Shown piece by piece: positions 45,078 to 53,856 of a stretch of 64,000 nt of DNA. The position numbers and the translations under genes are program-made. The notes under the pieces were generated by a model. It was not told the DNA's origin, did not search any database, and worked only from the letters and a program-made list of their open reading frames with translations. This stretch comes from Gemmatimonadales bacterium. GTDB lineage: Bacteria > Gemmatimonadota > Gemmatimonadetes > Gemmatimonadales > GWC2-71-9. How positions within the stretch are numbered: the first letter of the stretch is position 1; each line of letters opens with the position of its first letter. Location: NCBI GenBank assembly GCA_036781225.1, contig DAIQBJ010000001.1, positions 1,389 to 65,388 of the forward strand, written 5' to 3'.

Positions 45078-45843
45078 GGACGGGCACCGCCTCACCCAAG
45101 TACGCCTCTACAACCGCTGGGTGATTCAAGATCTCCTGCGGTGACCCTCGGGCGATGTTTCGGCCGAAGTCCAGCACGGTAACTTCGTCGCAGACCGCAC
45201 GCACCAGCGACATATCGTGCTCAACGACGAGGACGGTTACTTTCCGCTCGCGATTGATATTGCGAATGATCACGCTCAGTTCGCGCGTTTCCTCCTCGTT
45301 GCAGCCGGCGACGGGCTCGTCCAAAAGCAACAGCGTCGGCTCAGCAGCAAGCGCGCGCGCGAGTTCGACACGCTTCTGATACCCGAATGGCAGGTGGACA
45401 ACCTGCTGGTCGAGCACGTCCGTCAAACCGAACATTTCGGCCATTCGATCCGCGCGCTCTCGCAGCGCCGCTTCGCGCTTGAGACCTGACGGCAGTGAAA
45501 GCATCGCCGCCAGCGGATTCCCGAGATGGCTATGCATACCGATCAGGATGTTGTCGAGCGTCGAACGGGATCGAAACAGATTGATGTTCTGAAACGTGCG
45601 GGCGATCCCCAGACGGATCACGTCGTGAGGGCCGAGATTGCTGAGATCGCGACCACGGTACTCGATGCTCCCGTTGGCGTACGTCTGGAAGCGGCTGATG
45701 CAATTGAAGAGTGTTGTCTTCCCGGCACCATTCGGCCCGATGAGGCCGTAGATGCTTCCAGCAGGAACGTTCATGTCGACGCCATCGAGCGCGGTCAGGC
45801 CCCCAAAGAAGACGCGCACGCCGCGGACGGTCAAAAGGTCCAC
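45070..45843 (-). CDS. Liv-type ABC ATP-binding protein (LivG-like)
   Basis: 257 aa; LIGPNGAGKTTLFN, LPFGYQKRVELARAL, LLLDEPVAG. Confidence 0.9.
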   Translation of the reverse strand: MDLLTVRGVRVFFGGLTALDGVDMNVPAGSIYGLIGPNGAGKTTLFNCISRFQTYANGSIEYRGRDLSNLGPHDVIRLGIARTFQNINLFRSRSTLDNILIGMHSHLGNPLAAMLSLPSGLKREAALRERADRMAEMFGLTDVLDQQVVHLPFGYQKRVELARALAAEPTLLLLDEPVAGCNEEETRELSVIIRNINRERKVTVLVVEHDMSLVRAVCDEVTVLDFGRNIARGSPQEILNHPAVVEAYLGEAVPVRA

Positions 45844-45845
45844 GG

Positions 45846-46835
45846 CTATCCTCGTCCCACCGAGACCTGGTTCACGACACGGGTTATTGGCTGCGCGCAG
45901 CGGCGGTGGATGCGCCGGAACAGGCGCGCGAGCACGCCGGCCATACCCTCAGGCGCGAAGAGAAGAACCGCGATCAATGCGACGCCGTTCAGGATGTAGG
46001 CGAAGTCTCGCAGCTCGCCGAGGTAGTACGGCACCATCACCACGAACCCGGCGCCGAGGGCGGAACCCAAGAGCGATCCCTGGCCCCCAACGACCACAGC
46101 CGTGAGGAAATCGACGGACAGCCAAGCATCGCCGAACGTCTCCGTGGAGACGTAGCGGTTGTGGTGCGCGAACAGCGCGCCGCCCGCACCCGTCATCGCC
46201 GCGCTGATCGAGAACGCGAGCGTTTTGTATAGCCGCAGATGGATGCCCATCGCCTCCGCGGCACGTTCGGAATCGCGCATGGCCACAAATGCCCGGCCTA
46301 CACCAGATCGAATGATGCTCCACGAGGCGAGCATGACGAGCGCCATGACGACGAGGACGACGTAGTAAAAGCCAACGTCTTTCACTTGCAACCCGAGGAC
46401 CGAATTCTTTCCGAGCTGAATGCCTTCACGGCCCTCGAAGACGGGCCAGTTGTTCAGGATGGCGCCAACAGCCAGTGCGAAGCCCAAGGTGGCGATCGCC
46501 AGAAACGCGCCACCAAGTCGCAGGCAGATCATTCCGAGCCCGAAGCCGATGACGCCCGCGAGTACGGCGCCGACCAGCAGCCCCGGAACCACCGACGTTC
46601 CGAGGTGCTTCGCCATCAATGCTGTCGCGTACGCTCCAATGGCGAAGAAGCCACCATGGCCGACGGTCACGAGCCCCGTATACCCGGTCAAGAGATTTAC
46701 GCCGACGGCTGCGATCACGTAGGCAAAGGTGAAGGCGAGCAGGCTCGCATAGAAACTCGGAATGACGGCTGGAAGCGCGAGCAGAATGCCGAAGGCCAGA
46801 ACCGTCAGCGTCAGCTGCCAGCCTCGCTCCGACAT
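45846..46835 (-). CDS. Liv-type ABC permease (LivM-like)
   Basis: 329 aa, polytopic, with LTGYTGLVTVGHGGFFAIGAY. Confidence 0.85.
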   Translation of the reverse strand: MSERGWQLTLTVLAFGILLALPAVIPSFYASLLAFTFAYVIAAVGVNLLTGYTGLVTVGHGGFFAIGAYATALMAKHLGTSVVPGLLVGAVLAGVIGFGLGMICLRLGGAFLAIATLGFALAVGAILNNWPVFEGREGIQLGKNSVLGLQVKDVGFYYVVLVVMALVMLASWSIIRSGVGRAFVAMRDSERAAEAMGIHLRLYKTLAFSISAAMTGAGGALFAHHNRYVSTETFGDAWLSVDFLTAVVVGGQGSLLGSALGAGFVVMVPYYLGELRDFAYILNGVALIAVLLFAPEGMAGVLARLFRRIHRRCAQPITRVVNQVSVGRG

Positions 46836-46838
46836 CTT

Positions 46839-47708
46839 CTAAATCTCCCGCCGCGCCCTACCGCCGAATAGACCGCGTGGCTTAAAGGCAAGCACGAGAA
46901 CGATCAACACGAAAGCGATCGTGACTTTGTACTGTGCGCCGAGGTAGCCGCCGGCAAGATTTTCCGCGACCCCGATAATGAGCGAGCCAATCACCGCGCC
47001 GGGCAGCGAATACAATCCGCCGAACACCGCACCGACGTAGCCCTTGACGAGTACGCCGTCCATCATCTGCGTGCTGACGTACACGAGTGGGGCGAGCAGA
47101 ATTCCGCTCACGGCGGCCAACATTCCGCCCACCGCCCAGGTCAGCAGCACGATCGAACGTACGGGTATCCCCATCAGCTGGGCCGCAACGGGATCTTCGG
47201 TGATCGCTCGCATCGCGATGCCGGGCTTCGTGAACCGGAAGAAGAGATAGAGGATCGCGCCAACAACCGCTGCCACCAGCATGTTGAAGAGATGGGCTTG
47301 GCTGATGAGGGTGCCGCCGATGGAAATCGGTGCGCTCGAAAACAGTGCGGGAAAGGACTTGGTGTCGCGGCCCCAGATCCAACCGGCCACGCCGTGAAGG
47401 ATGTAGAAGACGCCTAAGGTTGCGGTGAACAACGTCAGCCAGTCGGCGCCTTCGATTGGCCGCATGATGAGACGCTCGACGACGACAGCCAGCGCCGTGA
47501 CGGCGAGGACCGTCGCGAATGTGGCCACAATGAGGCTCCCACGCGAATGTTCCAGGACCACGAGCGCGACGAACGCCCCGACCATGCTGAAGTCGCCCTG
47601 CGCGAGATTGATCGTGCGGGTGTTGCGGAATATGAGAACGATTCCGATCGCTGTGAGGGCGTAGAGACTACCGGTCGCGAGGCCGCTGACGAACTGCTGC
47701 GCCAGCAT
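46839..47708 (-). CDS. Liv-type ABC permease (LivH-like)
   Basis: 289 aa, polytopic, with GIVLIFRNTRTINLAQGDFSMVGAF. Confidence 0.85.
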   Translation of the reverse strand: MLAQQFVSGLATGSLYALTAIGIVLIFRNTRTINLAQGDFSMVGAFVALVVLEHSRGSLIVATFATVLAVTALAVVVERLIMRPIEGADWLTLFTATLGVFYILHGVAGWIWGRDTKSFPALFSSAPISIGGTLISQAHLFNMLVAAVVGAILYLFFRFTKPGIAMRAITEDPVAAQLMGIPVRSIVLLTWAVGGMLAAVSGILLAPLVYVSTQMMDGVLVKGYVGAVFGGLYSLPGAVIGSLIIGVAENLAGGYLGAQYKVTIAFVLIVLVLAFKPRGLFGGRARREI

Positions 47709-47715
47709 TTCTGAG

Positions 47716-48177
47716 CTACGCCCGCCGCTTCAGCAGACGCAGTATGGGGCGCTGTCGGACGGTCGTTGCGGCAGTCAGCGCGTTACATGCTGTGCCGCGC
47801 TGCTCATTCTCGAGCTTCATCAGAGTTCGCATCCGGCCGAGATCGTCACGACCGGCCTTGTCGTCAACGAGCTGCGGAGCCGCCTTCAAGAGCGCTCGGT
47901 AGACCGGGTGCGCCTGCGCCGATGCGGAAATGCCGTAGAAAACGAATGGGCCACGCCGGGTCGCGATCAGGAGCCCGCTCCGCCGCAGCGGACCGAGATG
48001 ACGTGAGATCTGGTATTGCGGCAGTCGAAGAATTGCGACGAGCTCGCAGACGCAGAGATCTGGGGTTCGAGAGAGCAGGCTCAGGATGCGAAGTCGTGTG
48101 TCGTCAGCGAGAAGCCGCAGAAACTTCGCGCCGTTGGTCGGCAGTTTCAGCGAGGGGGCATATGCACCGTTGCGCAT
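47716..48177 (-). CDS. arsR: ArsR/SmtB family metalloregulator with the CVC As(III)-site motif
   Basis: 153 aa; LRLLADDTRLRILSLLSRTPDLCVCELVAILRLPQYQISRHLGPLRRSGLL (ELCVC-type site) plus a ~50-aa C-terminal extension. Confidence 0.85.
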   Translation of the reverse strand: MRNGAYAPSLKLPTNGAKFLRLLADDTRLRILSLLSRTPDLCVCELVAILRLPQYQISRHLGPLRRSGLLIATRRGPFVFYGISASAQAHPVYRALLKAAPQLVDDKAGRDDLGRMRTLMKLENEQRGTACNALTAATTVRQRPILRLLKRRA

Positions 48178-48194
48178 GCCAATCTGTGGCGGGC

Positions 48195-48223
48195 AGCATA
48201 TGGACGCCGCCTACGTCTGTCAA
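48195..48223 (-). promoter_or_regulatory. Sigma-70-like promoter upstream of arsR
   Basis: On the minus strand: TTGACA (48223-48218), 17 nt, TATGCT (48200-48195), about 17 nt before the arsR ATG at 48177. Confidence 0.4.
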
Positions 48224-48278
48224 CGGCGAAGTCGGGCTGAGAGATGCCCTGAGCGATGACGCGGTGCGGTAGCCCGCG

Positions 48279-49178
48279 CTACCGAAGACGGGGCAAACGC
48301 AACGCGACTGCTCGGCAGAGTCCCCAGCCGATCACGGCACCGCACAATGGACCGAGGACATAGACAGTCAGCCACCCGCCTCGTGGGCCTGGAATCGCGA
48401 TCTCACCCCATCCGAGAAAGTACGAGACGAGCCGAGGCCCAAAATCGCGGGCGGGGTTAAGTCCCGCCTGGGTCAGCGGCGCAACCACCGAGATGATGGC
48501 CGCGACCGTCAAGCCAATGAACAGAGGCGTCGTTCCGGCTGAGGGCCTCGCCGAATTGCGATCTCGCGTCAAGATGCAAATGAGAAATGCGAGCATCGCG
48601 GTGCCGACGAGCTCTGCGAGGAAAGCCGAGAAGGGACCGACCACGCGCCACGCCTCTTCTGCGGTTCCGAAAATCGACGGATTCGGGAAGTACTCGCCGA
48701 AGACCATGGCCGACAGCTCGCTGCCAGGGCCGCCTCGCAGCAACCCGCGCTTTCGCTCGAACTCGATGATCGCTTCCGAAAACATGCTGTAGAGCACGAG
48801 CGAGGCCGTCGCAGCGCCGGCGGTTTGGGCAATCGCGTAAGGGATGACTCGCAGCCACGAAAACCCTTCGTAGATCGCCGCTGCGACAGTGATGGCCGGG
48901 TTGAGATGGGCCCCGGAGAGGGAAGCTGACGCATAAATGCCAAGGCTCACCCCGACTGCCCAAACGACCGCGACTTGCCACAGTCCGGCCTGCGCGCCGG
49001 TCGCGACCGCCGCATTGACCGCGCCCACTCCGAAAAATACGAGGATGAACGTCCCGACGTATTCCGCAAGAAGCGCCGGTCCCAGCGGCATCGGCGGTGG
49101 CACGCCGCCGCGTACCTGTTCCGTTGGAAATGACTCGATCTCGGTTCGGATCGTGCTGCCGTCCTCGCGTGGCGTCAC
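48279..49178 (-). CDS. Aquaglyceroporin (GlpF/AqpS-like MIP channel)
   Basis: Two NPA boxes in GlpF-like contexts (SLSGAHLNPAITVAAA; PLTQAGLNPARDFGPRL). The GTG at 49178 overlaps the upstream stop (GTGA); the alternative ATG at 49091 gives MPLGPALLAEY... Confidence 0.85.
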   Translation of the reverse strand: MTPREDGSTIRTEIESFPTEQVRGGVPPPMPLGPALLAEYVGTFILVFFGVGAVNAAVATGAQAGLWQVAVVWAVGVSLGIYASASLSGAHLNPAITVAAAIYEGFSWLRVIPYAIAQTAGAATASLVLYSMFSEAIIEFERKRGLLRGGPGSELSAMVFGEYFPNPSIFGTAEEAWRVVGPFSAFLAELVGTAMLAFLICILTRDRNSARPSAGTTPLFIGLTVAAIISVVAPLTQAGLNPARDFGPRLVSYFLGWGEIAIPGPRGGWLTVYVLGPLCGAVIGWGLCRAVALRLPRLR

Positions 49179-50182
49179 GGTTTCATTGGTCTCCGAAGAC
49201 TGGCGGGAATATTCTTGCTTGCGTTGAAGAGTGCAACGGTCGCGTCGGCCTCGTTGAAGTCCGCGTCCGCAAGATTAGCCTGTTCGAAGTTCGTCGACTG
49301 CAACTGTGCTCGACGGAAGTCGGCCCGAACAAGCGTGGCTCCCACAAGTTGGGTGTTGTTCAGTGTTGCCGCCGCAAAACTCGTCGAGGAAAAGTCCGCG
49401 CCGTAGGCAATCGCCCACGCCAGCGATGCCTTCGAGAAGTTGGCACCTGAAGCTCGTACCCAACTGAGGTCCGACCAACCAAGATCAGCGTCCTTGAATA
49501 TCGCGTCGGTCAGTACAGCCTCCCGAAACGAGACGCTCTTGAGATTTGCCCCGGTGAAGTTCGCCTTCACGAGGGTCGCTCCCGAGAGTCTCGCCCCTGC
49601 CTGACCGTATTCGGCCAGGCGGCCGGCGCCAAGCTCGGCTGACACGAGATTCGCGCTTGTTAAGTCGGCCTGACTGAGGTCCGCCGCAATGAGAGTGGCT
49701 CCTTCGAAGTTCCCGCCCACCAACCTCGCGCGGGCGAGCTTCGCCCCGGGAAGGAAAGCCTTCTTCAAGGTAGCGCCCTCGAGTCGCGCGCTGTCGAGCA
49801 CCGCCCTGGTCAGATCAGTCCCCTCGAGGTTCGCTGTCCGGAGGTCTGCTCGAGTCAAGTCAGCGGCGGCAAGGCGAGCCCCCGAAAAGTTCGCGCCATA
49901 CGCGCGGACGTCGCGCAGATACGACTCTCGCAAATCGGCATCCCGTAGGCTCGCACGCGTGAGATTGGCGCCGACAAGCGTGGCGCCCGTGAGCGTTGCG
50001 CCGTCGAGGGTCGCGCCGGTGAGGTCAGCGCCCCGGAGGTCAGCTCCGGTGAGGTCGAGCCGCGAGAGGTTTCGTCCGGCGAGCTTGCCTTTTGCGGCCA
50101 GCACATCGTCCAGCGGCGCGGCAATCACTGTAGCGCCTGAAAGGACCAAGATCAGGCTGACGAAAGCGATGAGTGTCTTCAT
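49175..50182 (-). CDS. Secreted pentapeptide-repeat protein
   Basis: 335 aa with signal peptide MKTLIAFVSLILVLSGATVIAAP, then about 60 consecutive A(D/N)LxX pentapeptides (LTGADLRGADLTGATLDGATLTGATLVGANL...). Both ends overlap their neighbours by 4 nt. Confidence 0.85.
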   Translation of the reverse strand: MKTLIAFVSLILVLSGATVIAAPLDDVLAAKGKLAGRNLSRLDLTGADLRGADLTGATLDGATLTGATLVGANLTRASLRDADLRESYLRDVRAYGANFSGARLAAADLTRADLRTANLEGTDLTRAVLDSARLEGATLKKAFLPGAKLARARLVGGNFEGATLIAADLSQADLTSANLVSAELGAGRLAEYGQAGARLSGATLVKANFTGANLKSVSFREAVLTDAIFKDADLGWSDLSWVRASGANFSKASLAWAIAYGADFSSTSFAAATLNNTQLVGATLVRADFRRAQLQSTNFEQANLADADFNEADATVALFNASKNIPASLRRPMKP

Positions 50183-52686
50183 CGCGCGACGTTTTGGGGA
50201 AGGAACGAGACGATCTTAGCGATTTCCGGCTGCGGTCCTATCCGGCGGATCGCCGCCCAGGCGCCCTTGTAGTACGGAATCGTTGTGGTGGGGTCGACGT
50301 GGTCCGAGACGAGCTCCCCGGCGGCGCCCCGGGGTTGCCCGAACAACATGAACGTGTGACCGCGTTTGACCGAGTCCGTAATGATCGCCATCGCGCGAAC
50401 GCGGCCAACGTCGTTGGTCAGCTCGACCAGGTCGCCTGAAGACACGCCGAGCTTTGAGGCATCAGCAGGATGGATTTCAAGATGCGGCATCGGATTGTGA
50501 TCGTTATAGAACGGAACATGCTGATGGTGATAGAGCGTCTGCCATATGTGGTTCGTGCGCCCGTTGTTCACCCAAAACGGATATTGCGCACGTTGCGCAG
50601 CGACTTTTGCGGCGTACCCGGGCCAGGGTTGTGGGGCCGGGATGAAACGGGCTTTGCCCGAGGGAGTTTGAAATCGACCGCGCTCGTGCATGCGAACCGT
50701 GCCGACAGGAACGCCGTTCACGATGCGCGTTGGCGTTTGAATTCCGTTGGTCCCGAGCCGGCGAAGCAGGTCATAGGTGACGCCCGCGTAGCCCTCGATC
50801 GGATCACTTCCATCGCCCTTGAATTGATAGCGCGCGTGGATGAAAACGTCCTCCTCGGTGCGCCAATCGAAGTCAAGGAAGCGGTTAGCCATCAGGGGAT
50901 TGTTGTCATCGAGATAGAGCGCGCGGATCCGGCGCGCGAAACGGGCCATGATTTCCCAGTCCGGCAGCGCCTCACCAGGCGGGTCCATGAAACGCTGATA
51001 GAGGCGTAATCGTCGCTCTCCGTTGATCGACGTGAGGTTGGTCTCGCCCCACTGCGCGGCGGGCAACACAAGATGCGCGAGCCGCGTCGTCGCGGTCATA
51101 TATATGTCCTGCGCAATGATGAACATCCCGCCTTGCTTCAGCGCGTCGACGATTCTGGCGACGCGCTCTCCTACGGGCCGTCCCTCCGTCCTATCCAGCA
51201 CGGCCTGCACCGGCGCGCCGCGCTCCTTGAAAGCCGCTTCCATGGCCTCGGCGTTGAGCGTCGTGAGCACGGGATTGCACCCGCCGATCCAGTACGCCTT
51301 CACCTCGCCACGCCGCACCGCCTCATCGACATTCAGGGCCGGGCGACCACCCGGATACGCAGGCCGAACGTAGCCTTCCTGGTGTCCGCCCATTCGGCTG
51401 CATCCAGTGCCTGGCTTGCCTACGTTGCCGGTGAGTAGGGCGAGGTCCACGATGGCGGCGATATTTTCGTAATTCTTGAGTCCCCAGATGAGGCCCTTTT
51501 CGTAATGAAGCAAGGTGCGGCGTCGCGATCCGTCAGCCTTCGGCGCACCGACCCACTCTGCGGCCTTATAGATTTGTGCGGCCGGAATGCCAGCGATCTT
51601 CGCGGCTTCGTTTACGACGTCCGCGAGCGGACGATCAACAGCAAGGGTCGAGCGCTGATACGCTTCGAACGTCTGCCACTCAGTGTGATCGCGAATGAAA
51701 CCGACGTCGTGCCATCGACGATCGAGGATGACGCGCGAGATCGCATTGAGCAACGCGATGTCGGCGCCCGGCTCGATCTGCAAATGAAGGGCGCGATCCG
51801 GCGTGCCCGCCGCTTCTGCCGTGGCGACCGTCATCGTGCGTCGAGGATCGACAATGATTATCCGGCCCGGCGCGACGGATTCCGTGCCGAGGATCGCGCG
51901 TTTGCGCTCCAGCGTTGAGCCGTTGAGGTTCGGCACCATGTGGACAAGGAAGTAATTCGTCTGTGTCTCATATGCATTGCTGCCGACGAGAACGATCGTG
52001 TCGGCCAGCTCAGCGTCGGCGTATGCGTTCGTGAGAGCGGCGACCCCGGCATCGCCGGCGGCATGGACCTCGCTGTTGTATGCGGGGCGGTTATGAATGG
52101 AAGCCGTCTTGGTCCCGACGCCGCTGAAGAAGAACCGCCCGACCGCCCAGTTCGCCTCGAAACCACCACCACCACCACCGTGGTCGAAGAACTTCATTCC
52201 GACGGCATCCGGTCCCCAGCGATCGATAACAGCTTTGACCACGCGTGCGCCGAGATCTACGGCCGCATCCCACGTCACGGGCACATGCTGTCCAGCCCGC
52301 GAGAGCAGTGGTTTCGCCAACCGAGCCTTTGTGGGTCGCTCGGGTGAAAAGAGTGTCGGAGCCTGGCCGCCGCCGCGAACCGAAGAGAGTCCCTCATTCA
52401 CTACACAGGCTTTGTCGGGAGTGATGACGACGTTGTACTGGCGGCCGTCACGATCCGTAACGGTCGTATGCATGGCCGTGGAGATCCAGTCGCCGAGCGG
52501 CGGCAACGGCTTCGTGTAGTCGGCGCGCAGAGCATTCCGGTCCGGCTCCGGCCCACCATCGCGGCCGACGGGCCATTTGAACACCTTGTAGCCGCAGCCG
52601 ACGATGCAAAACTGACAGACGGTGTCGAATCGCTGCGCTTCCGTCGGCGGCAGCGGCACGCGATCCGCAGGCGGCGTAATGCTCAC
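50179..52686 (-). CDS. aioA: Arsenite oxidase large (molybdopterin, [3Fe-4S]) subunit
   Basis: 835 aa with the N-terminal AioA signature CQFCIVGCGYKVFKW, paired with an upstream Tat-Rieske small subunit. GTG start at 52686. Confidence 0.9.
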   Translation of the reverse strand: MSITPPADRVPLPPTEAQRFDTVCQFCIVGCGYKVFKWPVGRDGGPEPDRNALRADYTKPLPPLGDWISTAMHTTVTDRDGRQYNVVITPDKACVVNEGLSSVRGGGQAPTLFSPERPTKARLAKPLLSRAGQHVPVTWDAAVDLGARVVKAVIDRWGPDAVGMKFFDHGGGGGGFEANWAVGRFFFSGVGTKTASIHNRPAYNSEVHAAGDAGVAALTNAYADAELADTIVLVGSNAYETQTNYFLVHMVPNLNGSTLERKRAILGTESVAPGRIIIVDPRRTMTVATAEAAGTPDRALHLQIEPGADIALLNAISRVILDRRWHDVGFIRDHTEWQTFEAYQRSTLAVDRPLADVVNEAAKIAGIPAAQIYKAAEWVGAPKADGSRRRTLLHYEKGLIWGLKNYENIAAIVDLALLTGNVGKPGTGCSRMGGHQEGYVRPAYPGGRPALNVDEAVRRGEVKAYWIGGCNPVLTTLNAEAMEAAFKERGAPVQAVLDRTEGRPVGERVARIVDALKQGGMFIIAQDIYMTATTRLAHLVLPAAQWGETNLTSINGERRLRLYQRFMDPPGEALPDWEIMARFARRIRALYLDDNNPLMANRFLDFDWRTEEDVFIHARYQFKGDGSDPIEGYAGVTYDLLRRLGTNGIQTPTRIVNGVPVGTVRMHERGRFQTPSGKARFIPAPQPWPGYAAKVAAQRAQYPFWVNNGRTNHIWQTLYHHQHVPFYNDHNPMPHLEIHPADASKLGVSSGDLVELTNDVGRVRAMAIITDSVKRGHTFMLFGQPRGAAGELVSDHVDPTTTIPYYKGAWAAIRRIGPQPEIAKIVSFLPQNVAR

Positions 52687-52695
52687 CGGCAGTAA

Positions 52696-53184
52696 CTACA
52701 CGAGGTTGGTGTGGCGCCCGTAGATGAGGCCGCTCACACCGACAGCTTCGACGACCCCATTGTTCACACGAAGTTCGATTTGCGGCAGCTGTTGACTGGC
52801 CTGCCCGATGATCAACGCGCCCGCTTTCGCAGGATCGAAGGTGCTCCAGTGGCACGGACAGATAAACATCTTCCGCTCGGGTTTGAACGCCACCGGACAG
52901 CCTTTGTGCGTACACAGGGTTGAGAATGCGACGATGTCACGCGCGGGGCCGACACCGTTCGTTGCCGCTTCGGCCAGTCGGAGCAACACGGCTGGAGAGC
53001 CTGCGTCCGGATAGGCAAAGACGATAGCGGCGCCGGGACCAACGTCCTTGAGCGGTGCAACCGCGACGACGGGATAGTGCGATGGATTCGCGGCGTCTGT
53101 TCTCGGAACGAAGGACTGCGACGCTAGGACGCCGGCGACGCCCGTCGATCCCAGTTTGATGAAATGCCGACGAGTCGGCATCAC
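52696..53184 (-). CDS. aioB: Arsenite oxidase small (Rieske) subunit with Tat signal
   Basis: Tat motif TRRHFIKLG and Rieske motifs CTHKGCPV...CPCHWSTF. Start is the GTG at 53184 or the ATG at 53181, after GAGGGGGG. Confidence 0.9.
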   Translation of the reverse strand: MMPTRRHFIKLGSTGVAGVLASQSFVPRTDAANPSHYPVVAVAPLKDVGPGAAIVFAYPDAGSPAVLLRLAEAATNGVGPARDIVAFSTLCTHKGCPVAFKPERKMFICPCHWSTFDPAKAGALIIGQASQQLPQIELRVNNGVVEAVGVSGLIYGRHTNLV

Positions 53185-53296
53185 GCCCCCCTCACGTCAA
53201 AAATGGATTGTATCCAGCGGTAGCCGTTTTGAGGTGCGCCCATGATCACCCTACGACGGCTTGAGCGTCCCGTACTTAACGGCTCGTGGATGCTGA

Positions 53297-53340
53297 TGTC
53301 AAGTGATATATATTCTTCGTATATTCTTGCAGGAGGCGTT
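53297..53340. promoter_or_regulatory. AT-rich divergent control region (direct repeats, -35 hexamer, SD)
   Basis: TATATTCTT occurs twice in tandem register 11 bp apart (53309-53317, 53320-53328). On the aioB strand a perfect TTGACA (53302-53297) abuts the repeats. AGGAGG (53331-53336) precedes the plus-strand ATG at 53341. Confidence 0.45.
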
Positions 53341-53535
53341 ATGCCCATACGGATGGAGGAGTTCGAAAAGCTCGCAGCCGCAAAGCCGGCGGGAACGTCG
53401 CTCGCTGAGATCCTCGGTGTTGGCAATGTCTACTGGAGCGGCAGCCTTACGGACTACATCTATATGGTGCCCGAGGTGATGGGCAAACCGGCCGCGATCG
53501 TCCCGGCTTCGTTGAAGACTCGCTTCGGTGGCTAG
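53341..53535 (+). CDS. Small hypothetical protein (64 aa) ending in Gly-Gly
   Basis: AGGAGG-N4-ATG, with high third-position GC by eye. The peptide is MPIRMEEFEKLAAAKPAGTSLAEILGVGNVYWSG...ASLKTRFGG*. The track start at 53242 lies in the AT-rich region and is unlikely. Confidence 0.5.
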   Translation: MPIRMEEFEKLAAAKPAGTSLAEILGVGNVYWSGSLTDYIYMVPEVMGKPAAIVPASLKTRFGG

Positions 53536-53852
53536 CCGCCCATGAACTGACCGAGCAGCATGATCCGATCACCTGGCCTGACTGGTGAGTCGAGATCATG
53601 CGTCACGCCAAGAATGGCGTCATTCACGATGATTTCGACGTGTTCACCCAGCTCATTGCCATGCCAGAGAGCCGCCTGAAGGTCTGGATAGCGGGCACTG
53701 AGCCCGCGGAGCACTGACCGTATCGTCGACTTCTCAGTCCAAGGCTCGTCGAGGACACGGCGACCAGAGCCGTCGCCACCAATGAACTTCGTGATCCACG
53801 AATGAACTTCGACGGGGACGACTTGCGTTGTCCCCGTAGCGTTAGCTGCCAT
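53532..53852 (-). CDS. MoaD/ThiS-like beta-grasp (ubiquitin-like sulfur-carrier type) protein
   Basis: 106 aa from the ATG at 53852, with C-terminal ...VRPGDRIMLLGQFMGG*. The length and the xGDxhxhhxxxxGG tail are typical of the family. Confidence 0.65.
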   Translation of the reverse strand: MAANATGTTQVVPVEVHSWITKFIGGDGSGRRVLDEPWTEKSTIRSVLRGLSARYPDLQAALWHGNELGEHVEIIVNDAILGVTHDLDSPVRPGDRIMLLGQFMGG

Positions 53853-53856
53853 CGCG

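Noticed and set aside
49175-50182. Strong short-period repetitiveness in the DNA that could be mistaken for a tandem-repeat or CRISPR-like array.
   Set aside because: The periodicity is 15 nt, imperfect and entirely in-frame. It is explained by the pentapeptide-repeat coding sequence, with no spacer/repeat structure.
53185-53300. Sigma-54 promoter (TGGCAC-N5-TTGC) expected upstream of aioB by analogy with AioSR-controlled operons.
   Set aside because: I found no convincing GG-N10-GC element on the aioB strand. The closest match (TGGATACAATCCATTT) lacks the -12 GC. A sigma-70-like TTGACA is present instead.
53181-53426. 81-aa minus-strand ORF upstream of aioB.
   Set aside because: It spans the AT-rich divergent control region and overlaps the better-supported plus-strand small ORF with its SD. 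It has no motifs or start context.
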